This document shows, piece after piece, positions 46,612 through 56,700 of a stretch of DNA of 64,000 nt (position 1 is the stretch's first letter; each line of letters opens with the position of its first letter). Origin of the DNA: Candidatus Poribacteria bacterium (GTDB taxonomy: Bacteria > Poribacteria > WGA-4E > WGA-3G); assembly GCA_965215265.1 (NCBI GenBank), contig OZ244048.1:3744001-3808000 (forward strand), given 5' to 3'. A program made the translations under genes and the position numbers. The notes under the pieces were generated by a model. The model was not told the DNA's origin. It saw only the letters and a list, made by a program, of their open reading frames with translations, and did no database searches.

Positions 46612-47667
46612 CTACTCTACCACCTGTGTCCTATATCGAATCGTTAGCAGAGGACGGAGACTTTCAGTAGATGACTCTTTAGAAGCAAACGTAATCGCTC
46701 CGTTGCCACCTCGTAAAGCGAAGAGATAACCGTAGTTGTAATCCGGGTTCGCTACCCAAAATTGCACTGCACCGGTGAGAAGCTCGCCATCCCAAGTATA
46801 ACGCTTACCGGCACCCTGAATCTCTGTCAGCCCATCAATACGATGTGCTACATCCTCTGAGCCGTTGTAATCACTTTCCTTGTCGCCGTTTATTCCTTCT
46901 AACATCGCTTGTGCTGGCGGCTTATTCCATGGAAGATTACGATGGAGTGCGCTATTATAGGTAAGTTCGTTCTCTTCCGCACGTTCCGAGAGACCTCGCC
47001 CTTCCCGCCACGGTAGCAGTACCCGTCGAAGGATGACCGTCTGCTTAGCATCCGTTTCACATTCTTGCACATGGAGGTTCAAAGTAGCCTTTAACACCTG
47101 CGTCGGTTCAGTAATCCCCATATCCGCAAATGCATCAAACAAGTCAAATGCAACGAAGAAAACCCCGCCTGCCGGTGTGCATCCTAACGTCTGTTCTGCA
47201 CCAGCGTTATTGTTGCGCGTTTTCCGGTTGTCCTCTACAATCAGACTCGTATCCTGCAGCGTATTGGGAAATGTGACAGATCCGCTTTCGCCGAAGGTTA
47301 TCTCGTTTACCATAGGAAGTATTACCTCGACGCTGCTCTGAAGTTCGGAGAGGATCAGTTGATAGGTTTTGCGCACCTCTAACGGTGTCGTAAAAAGCAT
47401 TACCCGGGTTTTTCGTTCATCGAGCAGCGCTTCTTCTATCACTATATCTGGCGTTATCTCGTAGTTTGCTACGTTCTCTGCACTTTCCGCTGCCAACTGT
47501 CCATCAAACCGCAGCTGAATCGCTGTCTGAGAGAGGGGGACCGCCTTCAGTAGTTTCGGCTCTTCGGCTTGACTGACGAAAATTCCACTAACAAGCATGA
47601 AAAACAGCACACAACCAACGAAAAAAGTTGTCAAGCGACACCTCCAATTTTGGGGAAACGGGAACAA
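46612..47667 (-). CDS. Secreted protein with Ig-like and DNRLRE (DUF7594-like) domains
   Basis: SAENVANY Ig-like motif; ATLNL, VQFWVANP..NYG, FASKE....RP.L.I.Y. Confidence 0.75.
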   Translation of the reverse strand: MFPFPQNWRCRLTTFFVGCVLFFMLVSGIFVSQAEEPKLLKAVPLSQTAIQLRFDGQLAAESAENVANYEITPDIVIEEALLDERKTRVMLFTTPLEVRKTYQLILSELQSSVEVILPMVNEITFGESGSVTFPNTLQDTSLIVEDNRKTRNNNAGAEQTLGCTPAGGVFFVAFDLFDAFADMGITEPTQVLKATLNLHVQECETDAKQTVILRRVLLPWREGRGLSERAEENELTYNSALHRNLPWNKPPAQAMLEGINGDKESDYNGSEDVAHRIDGLTEIQGAGKRYTWDGELLTGAVQFWVANPDYNYGYLFALRGGNGAITFASKESSTESLRPLLTIRYRTQVVE

Positions 47668-47738
47668 TAAAACGGTTAAACGTGAAAATTCTTGGGTACA
47701 TCTCGTATCAAATCTTTTGGCAACGCAGCGAATTGATA

Positions 47739-48941
47739 TTAGTCGACATCCATCGTGATAAAGACGGCATTAAGCACCTCTCGCTCTTTCTGGCCAGAGG
47801 GGCGGTTGATAACTTCATCGTTAACGACAAAGGTACTGGACGAGCCTCCGTCCAGATTAATCGCCTCGGTTGCACCGAGCTCCAGCAGAATGCTAGCGAG
47901 CTCGTAAAGTGTCAAACCGGTGCTATATTTTGGTTGCCTGCCGTCAGCGACAATCAAAAACAACGTGTCAGCATTGTAAGCGAGGGCAGTTCTCGGTTCA
48001 TGACTCAGATTTAATACAGATGCTCGTTTACCGGGGCGATGCCGCTTTTCTGCTTGATGCATCTCCACCAGCATCGGATGTATCTTTCCGTCTCTGAGGA
48101 GCCGGATGCGTCCCCCAATCGCATAGCGCGCCCGGTTCCATATCGGGGGCGAGAGCGTAAGCGTAATTGTACCGTGCGCGCCTGCCTGAAATTCAGAAAC
48201 ATCTGAGTCTTTTATACGAGAGCTAATCCAGAGAACCGCGCCATCTGTCGGAATAGCACTGTCTCCATCTCGTGTCACACCAGCCACACGATAGTCGTTC
48301 GTATAATTCGGGGTCAGAGGTAGAGAAAGTCCTGTCAGAACAACCTCATGCCCTCGACGACGATGTGTGCGTGTAGAAGCCCCCATACGCGGCGTGTACA
48401 GTGTTATCTGACAACCGTCGAGCCGCCTTTGATTGATACATCCGAGCGGTATTTTCTGTGTCCCTACGGTTACTGCAGCTTCCATCTCGACAGGTCCACT
48501 TAAAAATTCCCCACTGTCTGTTACCCCGAAACATGCTGCTGTGTCTGTCGGCTGCGTCATAAGTTCGCCGTCTTGGATGTGTAAATTTTCTAATACACCG
48601 CCGTATCCGCGCATGTCACCGAGCACGCCAAATCCGCCGTTAACAGCCACAAGTACGTGCCTATCTCCTCGTTCTATCCGCCGTGATGCCATCGCGCGGA
48701 CCGTTTCTTTCCCTAATATCTGCGAATTCGCAACGGACACCTCAAAATGCAGCCCAGGTTGCCACCGAGACATCTCCGCAACGTATAGCACACACGTTTC
48801 AACATCCCAATCGTAGCGATAGATGCGGAGTCCTATCGATATACCCGGAAACAATTCCGTTTTCTGCCCATCGGCTTGTGCAAAGCAGATTGGTAACAGC
48901 ACAATCGCGATAACACACCACAACTTCTTCAACAATTGCAT
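47739..48941 (-). CDS. Phosphodiester glycosidase (NAGPA) family protein
   Basis: AVNGGF, EPRTALA, VADGRQ, AINLDGGSSS. Confidence 0.92.
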   Translation of the reverse strand: MQLLKKLWCVIAIVLLPICFAQADGQKTELFPGISIGLRIYRYDWDVETCVLYVAEMSRWQPGLHFEVSVANSQILGKETVRAMASRRIERGDRHVLVAVNGGFGVLGDMRGYGGVLENLHIQDGELMTQPTDTAACFGVTDSGEFLSGPVEMEAAVTVGTQKIPLGCINQRRLDGCQITLYTPRMGASTRTHRRRGHEVVLTGLSLPLTPNYTNDYRVAGVTRDGDSAIPTDGAVLWISSRIKDSDVSEFQAGAHGTITLTLSPPIWNRARYAIGGRIRLLRDGKIHPMLVEMHQAEKRHRPGKRASVLNLSHEPRTALAYNADTLFLIVADGRQPKYSTGLTLYELASILLELGATEAINLDGGSSSTFVVNDEVINRPSGQKEREVLNAVFITMDVD

Positions 48942-48943
48942 CT

Positions 48944-49303
48944 TTAATTTCTAGTTCTCCGGATTTGAACAGCGAAATAGGCAATCGGCTGTTCTATAGG
49001 TGGATGGAGTTTCTTGACAGTGAGTTGGACTTCAGTCACTGCGAATCGGGCTAAAATCGCCTCTGCTATCTTCTCTGCGAGTGCCTCAACAAGTTGAAAT
49101 GAATACTGCGTGCCAATTTCAACAATGAGTGCCACCACATCAGCGTAGTTAATCGTCTCCTCAAACGCATCGGTACGGCCAGCATTCACAAGACAACAGC
49201 TTAACATTGCGTCAATTTCATAATGGCCGCCAACTTGACGTTCGGTTTCGGGGACACCGTGGTGGCCATGAAATCGGATGCCTTTGAGAATGAGTTTGTC
49301 CAT
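48944..49303 (-). CDS. folB: Dihydroneopterin aldolase
   Basis: F.GHHGV..ER, TINY, LVEALAE, V.K..PP. Confidence 0.95.
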   Translation of the reverse strand: MDKLILKGIRFHGHHGVPETERQVGGHYEIDAMLSCCLVNAGRTDAFEETINYADVVALIVEIGTQYSFQLVEALAEKIAEAILARFAVTEVQLTVKKLHPPIEQPIAYFAVQIRRTRN

Positions 49304-49403
49304 AAAGTTTAAAAGTCGGTCCAGTGCCTAATCAGAACTTCCATCTCTGCAGAGGAACCCTCTACTAACTTTCAAAACTGTGCCGTGACTAACTTTCGTT
49401 CGG

Positions 49404-50027
49404 CTATTCTTCTACGATTTCACCAAACGTATGCGCCGGATCAGCCATGTCTTTGACCTGTCTACCGTTTTTTCCGCCAGTATAATCAATAGCACGAATT
49501 TTCCAATCGGCACCAACTTTCCTTAATGAAGAAATGAGATTGCCCTTCTGATTACCCCAGGCGTATTCTCCGCGCAAAACTGCATCTTTCCCTCTGCCGT
49601 CAATAGCAATGTAGGTGATATCCACGCTCATATCGCCGCCCCGCAGCCGGAAGATGCCGGGCCAGGCATCTCTTACGTCTTTCCACCCATTATTTCTCTC
49701 AAACGTACCAGCCCAAAACGTCCAGGCGGTAAAAACCTCATCATTCTTATTCTCGCTTTTCAACCAACTATCCCCCAACGTATCAACATCCTGGTCACCG
49801 TGGGCAGTAGCGTATACCGCAAAGAGCGCGCGGATCGCTTCCTCTTCTGCCGCAAAGTCAATATCCCTTTCAACAACACCGGCTGGCTCGGCAGCTTGCG
49901 ATGGCGTTGTTGTTTGCGCGGGGGTATCCGTATCAGGTGCTGCCGTTTCATCATCGTCACCACCGCATGCCATAATCCCTATGGCAAGTAGGATGAGGAT
50001 GAGATAAAAAATCGATTTCCGTTTCAT
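49404..50027 (-). CDS. Lipoprotein with NTF2/SnoaL-like domain
   Basis: Lipobox IMAC-GG; EEEAIRALF..Y...D, ...WKI. Confidence 0.75.
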   Translation of the reverse strand: MKRKSIFYLILILLAIGIMACGGDDDETAAPDTDTPAQTTTPSQAAEPAGVVERDIDFAAEEEAIRALFAVYATAHGDQDVDTLGDSWLKSENKNDEVFTAWTFWAGTFERNNGWKDVRDAWPGIFRLRGGDMSVDITYIAIDGRGKDAVLRGEYAWGNQKGNLISSLRKVGADWKIRAIDYTGGKNGRQVKDMADPAHTFGEIVEE

Positions 50028-50252
50028 ACGTCTTCTCCTCTCGTAAATTTACGCTACATCAAACTCACGTTGTAACTTTAGTACACTTTCTAAATTTATA
50101 CTGCCCCTATTTTACCTCATGAACAAATAAAAATCAACTCCAAAATTGATTTTTAATTTTAACGCATTTTGTGGTATACTTTATTTAACCAAATTTGAAC
50201 TGCACACGGTCAAATTTTTCGCATTTCTTATATTTTGCATAAGGAGCGTATA

Positions 50253-50507
50253 ATGAACGTTACTGTTAAATATTTCGCTGTCTGTCATGAGATGTTAGAT
50301 AGAGCGGAGGAACAGATGCAATTGCCGGCAGGTGCCACCGTCAAAACTATCCTTGAACGTCTTGAAGAAGAATGGCCAGAAATTGCCGAGTTCTACGAGG
50401 TAATGCAAATGTCCGTTAATTGGGAATATGCCACCGAAAACAGTGAACTCGCTGATGGAGATGAAGTTGCCTTGATTCCACCAGTCACCGGAGGGTGCGA
50501 TGTTTAA
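50253..50507 (+). CDS. moaD: Molybdopterin converting factor small subunit, with C-terminal GG-CDV extension
   Basis: VKYFA, SVN.EY, DGDEVALIPPVTGG then CDV-stop. Confidence 0.92.
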   Translation: MNVTVKYFAVCHEMLDRAEEQMQLPAGATVKTILERLEEEWPEIAEFYEVMQMSVNWEYATENSELADGDEVALIPPVTGGCDV

Positions 50508-50964
50508 GATCACCTCCGAAGTTATCACCGGTACAGAAGTTCAAGAAGTCGTAGAGGCACCAGGTGCTGGCGCAGTCGTGTTGTTCCTCGGCACCGTCAG
50601 GAACAACACCGATGGAAGAGCCGTCGCCTGCCTCGAATATGAGGCGTACCCACCGATGGCAGAAAAAAAGATGGCAGAGATTGCACAAGAAGCCACCGAA
50701 AAGTGGGGCACCGACCTCCGTCTTGCCATGATTCACCGCATCGGCAAACTCGACATCGGAGAGGTGAGTGTTGCTGTCGCAGTCGCAGCACCCCATAGAA
50801 AAGACGCGTTTGAAGCATGTCAATACGCCATGAATCGCCTCAAGCAGATTGTGCCTATCTGGAAGCGCGAAATCTGGGTAGATGGGGAAGCCGAATGGGT
50901 TAAACCGGACGCGGTTTTCTTTGACGCGCCTATCCAACACAAAACCGGTCGACAAACCGGCTAA
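50500..50964 (+). CDS. moaE: Molybdopterin synthase catalytic subunit
   Basis: GAVVLFLGTVR, LEYEAYPPMA, HRIG, APHRKDAF, VPIWKRE. Confidence 0.95.
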   Translation: MFKITSEVITGTEVQEVVEAPGAGAVVLFLGTVRNNTDGRAVACLEYEAYPPMAEKKMAEIAQEATEKWGTDLRLAMIHRIGKLDIGEVSVAVAVAAPHRKDAFEACQYAMNRLKQIVPIWKREIWVDGEAEWVKPDAVFFDAPIQHKTGRQTG

Positions 50965-52072
50965 AAACCGAGACGGCTTTGCCAAACTCGTTCAACGCCA
51001 TCCACTCATCCACCGTGTGTGCTTGCAGAATGCTACCCGGACCGATGACGACCGTTTCCATGTATTGTGCGAAGACGGTCGCATCCGTGCCATACGCAAC
51101 TGTTTGAGGAAACGACTCCCCGGTAATTTCAAGGGCTGCCTGGATAATCTCTGCATCGGGTGACGTGCGTACCGGATCCCCATTTATTAATATCTTAAAC
51201 TCCAAGCCATGGTTTTCGGCAGCCGTTCGCGCGCGATTTATCCAAACTTCCGTGTCATCGCCCGGCATCGGACGGTAACTAATATGGCATACACTTAAGG
51301 GAGGCGTGATGTTCGCTGCGCAATCCCCATCGCTAATCGTGATATTCCAATCTGTAAACGGCGGCGAAAATTCCGTATTGAAATACCGAGAATTGGTTGT
51401 CAATTCCTGATAAATTTCTCGCATCTCTGACAGAAATGGAATCAACTTCAGATTGGCATTATCTCCTTTACCTGTGCTACTGTGGGCCGCGTAACCGTGA
51501 GCCGTGGCGCTGAAACGGCAAACACCTTTGTGCCCATACACAGCATGCAGTTCTGTTGGTTCACCGACAACACCGTACCGCGGGAATCCATTCCGTTTAA
51601 ACATCTCCGATTTTTCGACAACTGCACTCGCACCGAGGTAACCCACCTCTTCATCAGCGGTGATAACGACATACAACGGTGATGCTAACACCGTAGCTGA
51701 ATATCGCGACATAGTCTCGATCATACATGCCACGCTGCCCTTCATATCGCAGCTGCCGCGCCCGTACATCTTACCATCGGCAATCCGGGCCTTAAACGGA
51801 TCTGTCGACCATCCGATAGCCGGCACCGTATCTATATGCCCCAGAAGCGCAAGTCCACCTCCAGCTGAACCACGACCTTTGCAACCAATTAAATTAACCT
51901 TCTGCACACCCGCCGGATCTCTGTATTCAACCGTTTCAACCTCGCATCCCACACCTTCCAACGTTTCCGTCAGAAAATCCATCACTGCAACGTTGCTTCG
52001 CGCGCTTACCGTATTGTACCCTATCAAGGTTTTAGTTAATTCTTTTGCATCCATAATTGGTGATTTTACCAC
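50930..52072 (-). CDS. argE: M20 family metallopeptidase / acetylornithine deacetylase
   Basis: GHIDTVP, YGRGSCDMKG, DEEVG, GEPT, AHSS, GPG...AHT.DE; start may be 52054. Confidence 0.8.
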   Translation of the reverse strand: MVKSPIMDAKELTKTLIGYNTVSARSNVAVMDFLTETLEGVGCEVETVEYRDPAGVQKVNLIGCKGRGSAGGGLALLGHIDTVPAIGWSTDPFKARIADGKMYGRGSCDMKGSVACMIETMSRYSATVLASPLYVVITADEEVGYLGASAVVEKSEMFKRNGFPRYGVVGEPTELHAVYGHKGVCRFSATAHGYAAHSSTGKGDNANLKLIPFLSEMREIYQELTTNSRYFNTEFSPPFTDWNITISDGDCAANITPPLSVCHISYRPMPGDDTEVWINRARTAAENHGLEFKILINGDPVRTSPDAEIIQAALEITGESFPQTVAYGTDATVFAQYMETVVIGPGSILQAHTVDEWMALNEFGKAVSVFSRFVDRFCVG

Positions 52073-52266
52073 AAATTGCGAAGTTTGTCAAACATTTTTA
52101 TACTAAATTCTGAAAATAATCTGACATGAGTCGTTATTGACGGAGTCCAAAATTCGCGTAGATTAGAAGAATGTCCCATCCGCTTTTTGGAATAAAAAAA
52201 TTGACTTTTTTGGATATTTCGTGTAAAATTAAATGAAGCAGAAGGATCCGGAAATCGAGGTATTTC

Positions 52267-53610
52267 ATGCAAAACCGGACGAACCGAAGGACCATATCTA
52301 AAAATAGAGCTGTCCTCGCCTCAGTTGGACTACACCTCCTCTTCGCGTTTATTGTTGCACTGCTGTTATCGGAGCAACGGGAAGTGGATAAGGATGCTTA
52401 TGATGTTGAATTTTTCAACTTCAGCCGGCCGGGTAACAATGTGGATATCCGTCCGACACGTCCGACACGTGTTCTTCCTACTCTTACCGTAGAAGATCCG
52501 TCGCTGTCTCAATTTGCTCCGAGTGCCATAAACCCAATTCCGAGGCACCAAACAGATGTCATACCGCAATCGTCTACGTTAGAATTTAATCCGGATGTAC
52601 TAAGTTTTACGAACGTGTCAGTCAAATCCACGGAAGCTGGGCCTGCGCAGCCCAAAGCCGGCTCCGCCCCAACTGCATCTGTAGCACGTCCTCTAACCGT
52701 GGTACCTATAAAATCCTCTGTCTCTCTTAAGAGGAGCGGGATATCTTCTCAACCTTCTAACCGTCATCCGGAATTTCTTGAGAGTACTCTACCGGCAGCT
52801 GACTTAGGATACGGGTTTAATACTCCATTCGGTGTGGAGGTTCCTAAAGGACGGCTCGGCGGTGTCCTTGAAGGCAGAGGAAAAGATATACTCGGACATA
52901 TTCGCCTGATTCGGCTCAAACATTCCCTCTCTGATTGGTGGCAAGATCCAACCGCTATTCCTGCTCTTATTAAGTGGATGGAGAAACATACGACGATTCG
53001 AGCAGATATGAATTTTGAAGGCGGTGCTTTAACACTAACAAACCCGGCGATCTTGGATGCCCCGCTTATCATTATGACGGGACACGATAGGGACATCACC
53101 GTCGGACGTGGGATTGCAAAGGATGGTCCACTGAACACAGGTTTTATGCCAGAAGAACGCGCAACACTACGCAAATACATCGTGGAAAAAGGAGGTACGC
53201 TCTTTTTTGACGACTGCGGCTTTAACGGATTGTTTGCCAATATCGTGGCTGATGAACTCAACCAGATTTTTCCGGAATATCCACTTGATATTCTGCCGCA
53301 TGAACATGAGCTCTACCGCATCTACTATCAACTACCTAAACCCCCGGATGGCGGCGATGTCTTTTGGGGAAATGAGAACAACGCACAACCGACACAGTTC
53401 CGCTATCAGAAAGCCATTATCATTGAAAACCGAGTGGCTGTTATCTACAACCGAAAGGACTATCTCTGTGCGATGGAGACAGCGGAAATTGAGAGTCGCA
53501 CGATGTTGCGACTCAGACGTTCAACTGATGTCTACCGGTTTATGTGCAATCTGCTCGTTTATGCACTGAAATATGGCGGCAATACAGATAGGTCGCGTTA
53601 TCACGAGTAG
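52267..53610 (+). CDS. DUF4159-domain protein with N-terminal membrane anchor
   Basis: SVGLH TM, Pro/Ser linker; W..DP.A, MTGH, LRKYI..GGTLFFDDC, H.LY. Confidence 0.85.
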   Translation: MQNRTNRRTISKNRAVLASVGLHLLFAFIVALLLSEQREVDKDAYDVEFFNFSRPGNNVDIRPTRPTRVLPTLTVEDPSLSQFAPSAINPIPRHQTDVIPQSSTLEFNPDVLSFTNVSVKSTEAGPAQPKAGSAPTASVARPLTVVPIKSSVSLKRSGISSQPSNRHPEFLESTLPAADLGYGFNTPFGVEVPKGRLGGVLEGRGKDILGHIRLIRLKHSLSDWWQDPTAIPALIKWMEKHTTIRADMNFEGGALTLTNPAILDAPLIIMTGHDRDITVGRGIAKDGPLNTGFMPEERATLRKYIVEKGGTLFFDDCGFNGLFANIVADELNQIFPEYPLDILPHEHELYRIYYQLPKPPDGGDVFWGNENNAQPTQFRYQKAIIIENRVAVIYNRKDYLCAMETAEIESRTMLRLRRSTDVYRFMCNLLVYALKYGGNTDRSRYHE

Positions 53611-53789
53611 TGTTAATAGAAAGTACGCAAGCGGCAGTGATTTGGGTATCGCGATTAGCGATTATGCCTCCCTTGTGTTCTGAATCGTTGATGTTGAGTC
53701 AGAACAGCGCGCTTATAAATCACGCGACCGAGAAAACAAATCTTCTTAATAATTTTCCAATACCTTTAGTAGAGGAGGAACTAGGCGTT

Positions 53790-56018
53790 ATGAAAAGTTT
53801 TTTGCTGCTGTTTTGGGTGTTTTTATTCCCATTACATGCTTTTTCCCAGACCGGAACCATTGAAGGATCTGTTTACAGTAGCACATCGCAGGAACCTTTG
53901 GTAGGAGTGAACGTTCATCTCATTGAAATCAATCTATCTCAAAAAACAGACGCAACGGGTACCTTTGCGTTTCGCGATGTTCCTGAAGGAGACTGGACCT
54001 TATCTGTTACTTCACCGACTTCCACATCGGCAAAACAGGTCTCTATTGTCGTGACAGCAGGGAAAACCGTACAGCCAAAGATTTACCTTGAGGAAATTAT
54101 GCAACTTGAGGGGATAGAGGTAAAAGAGAGGCGTCTCGCTAAAACGGTCAGCCGAAAGAGCATGAAAGCTGAGGAGATAATGCGGCTCCCCGGAACAGCC
54201 GGAGACGCGCTGCGTGCCTTACCTTCCATCCCCGGTATCGGGGTTGCAAACGATTTTAGCGGCGCACTCTACATCCGTGGTGGCTCTGATGAGGACAATC
54301 TTTACTATTTTGACCGGATACCGATTGCTTACCCTTACCACTTTGGCGGGCTTGTCTCGTCTCTCAGCTCTGAAATTATTGAGCGGATTGATGTTTATGC
54401 TGGTGGCTATGGCGCGGAATTCGGCGTGGATTCGCAAGCTGTCATTGACATCTATTCATACAATAGCAGTCCCGGCGGATTGCACGGCAAACTCAACCTC
54501 AACCTACTTTACTCCGAAGGCATGCTGCAAGGAAAAATCGCGGATAATGGATTCTGGTACGCCGCTGGTAGACGCAGCTACGCTGACTTTTTTATCGGTT
54601 CACTCTCGTTTGAAACAGGCGAAATCACCGCATTCCCGAGATTTTGGGATTATCAACTCAAAACAGGCTATGAACTGAATGATAAGCATCAACTATTTAT
54701 TAATGCGTTCTCCTCACGCGACCGGTTTTCACTTAAACTTGATGGTGAAGATATCGACCAAGACTTGCAAGGAAACTTAGATTACCAAAGCGGTTTTTCC
54801 GGCGCAGGCATTCATCTCCGCTCTCTTCTCACAAACCGGCTAACCTCCTTTTTATCCCTCACTTATTCTGATTTTCTCTTTGACACAAGCATTGGAACAG
54901 TATTTTCTATTGAAATTGATGCACCGAACTACGTCCTACGCGAAGATCTTAGTTACGCCCTCAGCCCAAAACATCAACTTGAATCCGGACTCATACTCGC
55001 AATTGAACCGGGAAAAGTTACCGGAAAAGGAGGGCGCGTTCCAGACGAAGGTGAAGATGAATACGATTTCCGGTTTCAGGAAAGAAAAATCTTTGATGAT
55101 TTTATACGCGGGCAACGTCTTGAAGGTTACCTGCAAGACAGATACGAACTCCTGCCGTTTTTGTCCGCTGTGTTCGGCATCCGGTTTGATTATTTCAATC
55201 TGATTGATGAACTCTCTATCCAACCGCGCGGCAGTCTTTTGTTTGAACTACCAAGTGGCGCAGAACTCCAATTTTCTTACGGACTTTACAATCAGACACC
55301 GGAACCAGCACGCCTCTCTCCTGCAGTCGGAAATCCTAATCTTCAGACAAGCCTCGCCAACCATTATATCGTTGAGTTGAAACGGCAACTTTCACCACAA
55401 ACGGACATCAAGCTAGCAGGTTATTACAAACATCTTGACCGGCTAGTAACCTTTGATGAACAGTACACCTATCTCAACCAAGGTACAGGATATGCACAAG
55501 GCACTGAGATTTTCCTACGCCATTATCACGAAGACCGGTTCTTTACCTGGATATCCTACGCTTACGCCCTGTCTAAACGACGCGACCGGCCCACCGAACC
55601 ATACCGCTACTATTCATTTGATCAGACACACGTTGCAACCCTCGCCGCTAGCTACAATTTGACACCGACGTGGGAAATCGGGGCAAAATGGCAATACCGC
55701 ACAGGAAATCCATACACGCCACTTAATACACAGAACCCTTCAACTGTTGAATTTGACCCTAGAAATGGCGAAACCATTTACATCCCGAATTACTTGGAAA
55801 CCAATTCTGCTCGCCTCCCTGCCTATCACCGATTGGACCTGCGCGTGAGTAAAACTTTCCGATTTTCTAATTGGAAACTCGGCTTTTTCGTCGAACTACT
55901 CAATGCCTATAACCGAAAGAATCTGCTGAATTTCAATTACAACGACGATTACACTGAAAAAGAGAATATCAATCAGTTTCCAATCATCCCATATTTAGGG
56001 ATTACCGCTGAATTCTAA
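53790..56018 (+). CDS. TonB-dependent receptor with N-terminal carboxypeptidase-regulatory-like domain
   Basis: SD GAGGAGG; PGTAGD..R...PG, YIRGG..N.YYFD plug; RLPAYHRLDLR; terminal AEF. Confidence 0.93.
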   Translation: MKSFLLLFWVFLFPLHAFSQTGTIEGSVYSSTSQEPLVGVNVHLIEINLSQKTDATGTFAFRDVPEGDWTLSVTSPTSTSAKQVSIVVTAGKTVQPKIYLEEIMQLEGIEVKERRLAKTVSRKSMKAEEIMRLPGTAGDALRALPSIPGIGVANDFSGALYIRGGSDEDNLYYFDRIPIAYPYHFGGLVSSLSSEIIERIDVYAGGYGAEFGVDSQAVIDIYSYNSSPGGLHGKLNLNLLYSEGMLQGKIADNGFWYAAGRRSYADFFIGSLSFETGEITAFPRFWDYQLKTGYELNDKHQLFINAFSSRDRFSLKLDGEDIDQDLQGNLDYQSGFSGAGIHLRSLLTNRLTSFLSLTYSDFLFDTSIGTVFSIEIDAPNYVLREDLSYALSPKHQLESGLILAIEPGKVTGKGGRVPDEGEDEYDFRFQERKIFDDFIRGQRLEGYLQDRYELLPFLSAVFGIRFDYFNLIDELSIQPRGSLLFELPSGAELQFSYGLYNQTPEPARLSPAVGNPNLQTSLANHYIVELKRQLSPQTDIKLAGYYKHLDRLVTFDEQYTYLNQGTGYAQGTEIFLRHYHEDRFFTWISYAYALSKRRDRPTEPYRYYSFDQTHVATLAASYNLTPTWEIGAKWQYRTGNPYTPLNTQNPSTVEFDPRNGETIYIPNYLETNSARLPAYHRLDLRVSKTFRFSNWKLGFFVELLNAYNRKNLLNFNYNDDYTEKENINQFPIIPYLGITAEF

Positions 56019-56486
56019 GCCGCTAAACAGATTGTTCCGCATGGAATAAGAAAAACGTGCTGGCAAACCGCGGCCATAAGTCTTTTACAGATTTATGGTT
56101 ACTGAATAGAAACGACTTGTGCTAATTATAGTCATCCTAAAAATGTATAGCAATTTGCTTTGTTGATTTCACGGATGCCAACCCAACATCTTCGAGTACC
56201 ATCAGAGAGTGCAGTCTAAACAGAAGTTGAGAAAAACACCGAGGGTCAAACGACTAGAGTTGTTACTCAGCTGCGCTCCAAACCGCTAATGCCCACGTGC
56301 ACGCTAGACACCTGCACAGAACTTGTCAGTCGAGGCAGCCGCCTCTCCATCCGGCGATGGCATCGACGATGCCGCGTTGCGGTATTCGAGCTTCTGAGTT
56401 TTCCCAGGGCACGGAAAAGACAGAGTGAAGAATTGTCCTAACCGCCACTAATATTAAAAAATTTGATTTTTATAATCTTTTTTAAT

Positions 56487-56515
56487 TTGACAAAAATGTA
56501 CATTTTTGCTAAATT
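56487..56515 (+). promoter_or_regulatory. sigma70 promoter with a perfect 18-bp palindromic operator in the spacer
   Basis: TTGACA-N17-(TGC)TAAATT; CAAAAATGTACATTTTTG at 56491-56508. Confidence 0.7.
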
Positions 56516-56523
56516 CTAGCACA

Positions 56524-56670
56524 ATATCCTACTTTTATATTCTAAAGTCCCTCAGACTATGCACTTCTTGAGGCTTTTCAAAATATGGAGGTAGGGTATG
56601 AAAGCGGTTTTGCTAAAAAAAGCGAATTAGTAGAATCGCCGTACCTCGCGCGGGCTCTCTCAGTTTGCGC
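56524..56670 (+). promoter_or_regulatory. Candidate structured 5' leader RNA (three G-U-rich hairpins)
   Basis: Stems 56524-41/56582-99, 56604-16/56627-39 and 56648-56/56662-70. Confidence 0.45.
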
Positions 56671-56700
56671 ACTACCTAATCAAATGAAAGGAGCTACACA

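Noticed and set aside
50930-50964. 35-bp convergent overlap of moaE and argE-like gene
   Set aside because: Short 3' overlaps are common; no further evidence of function.
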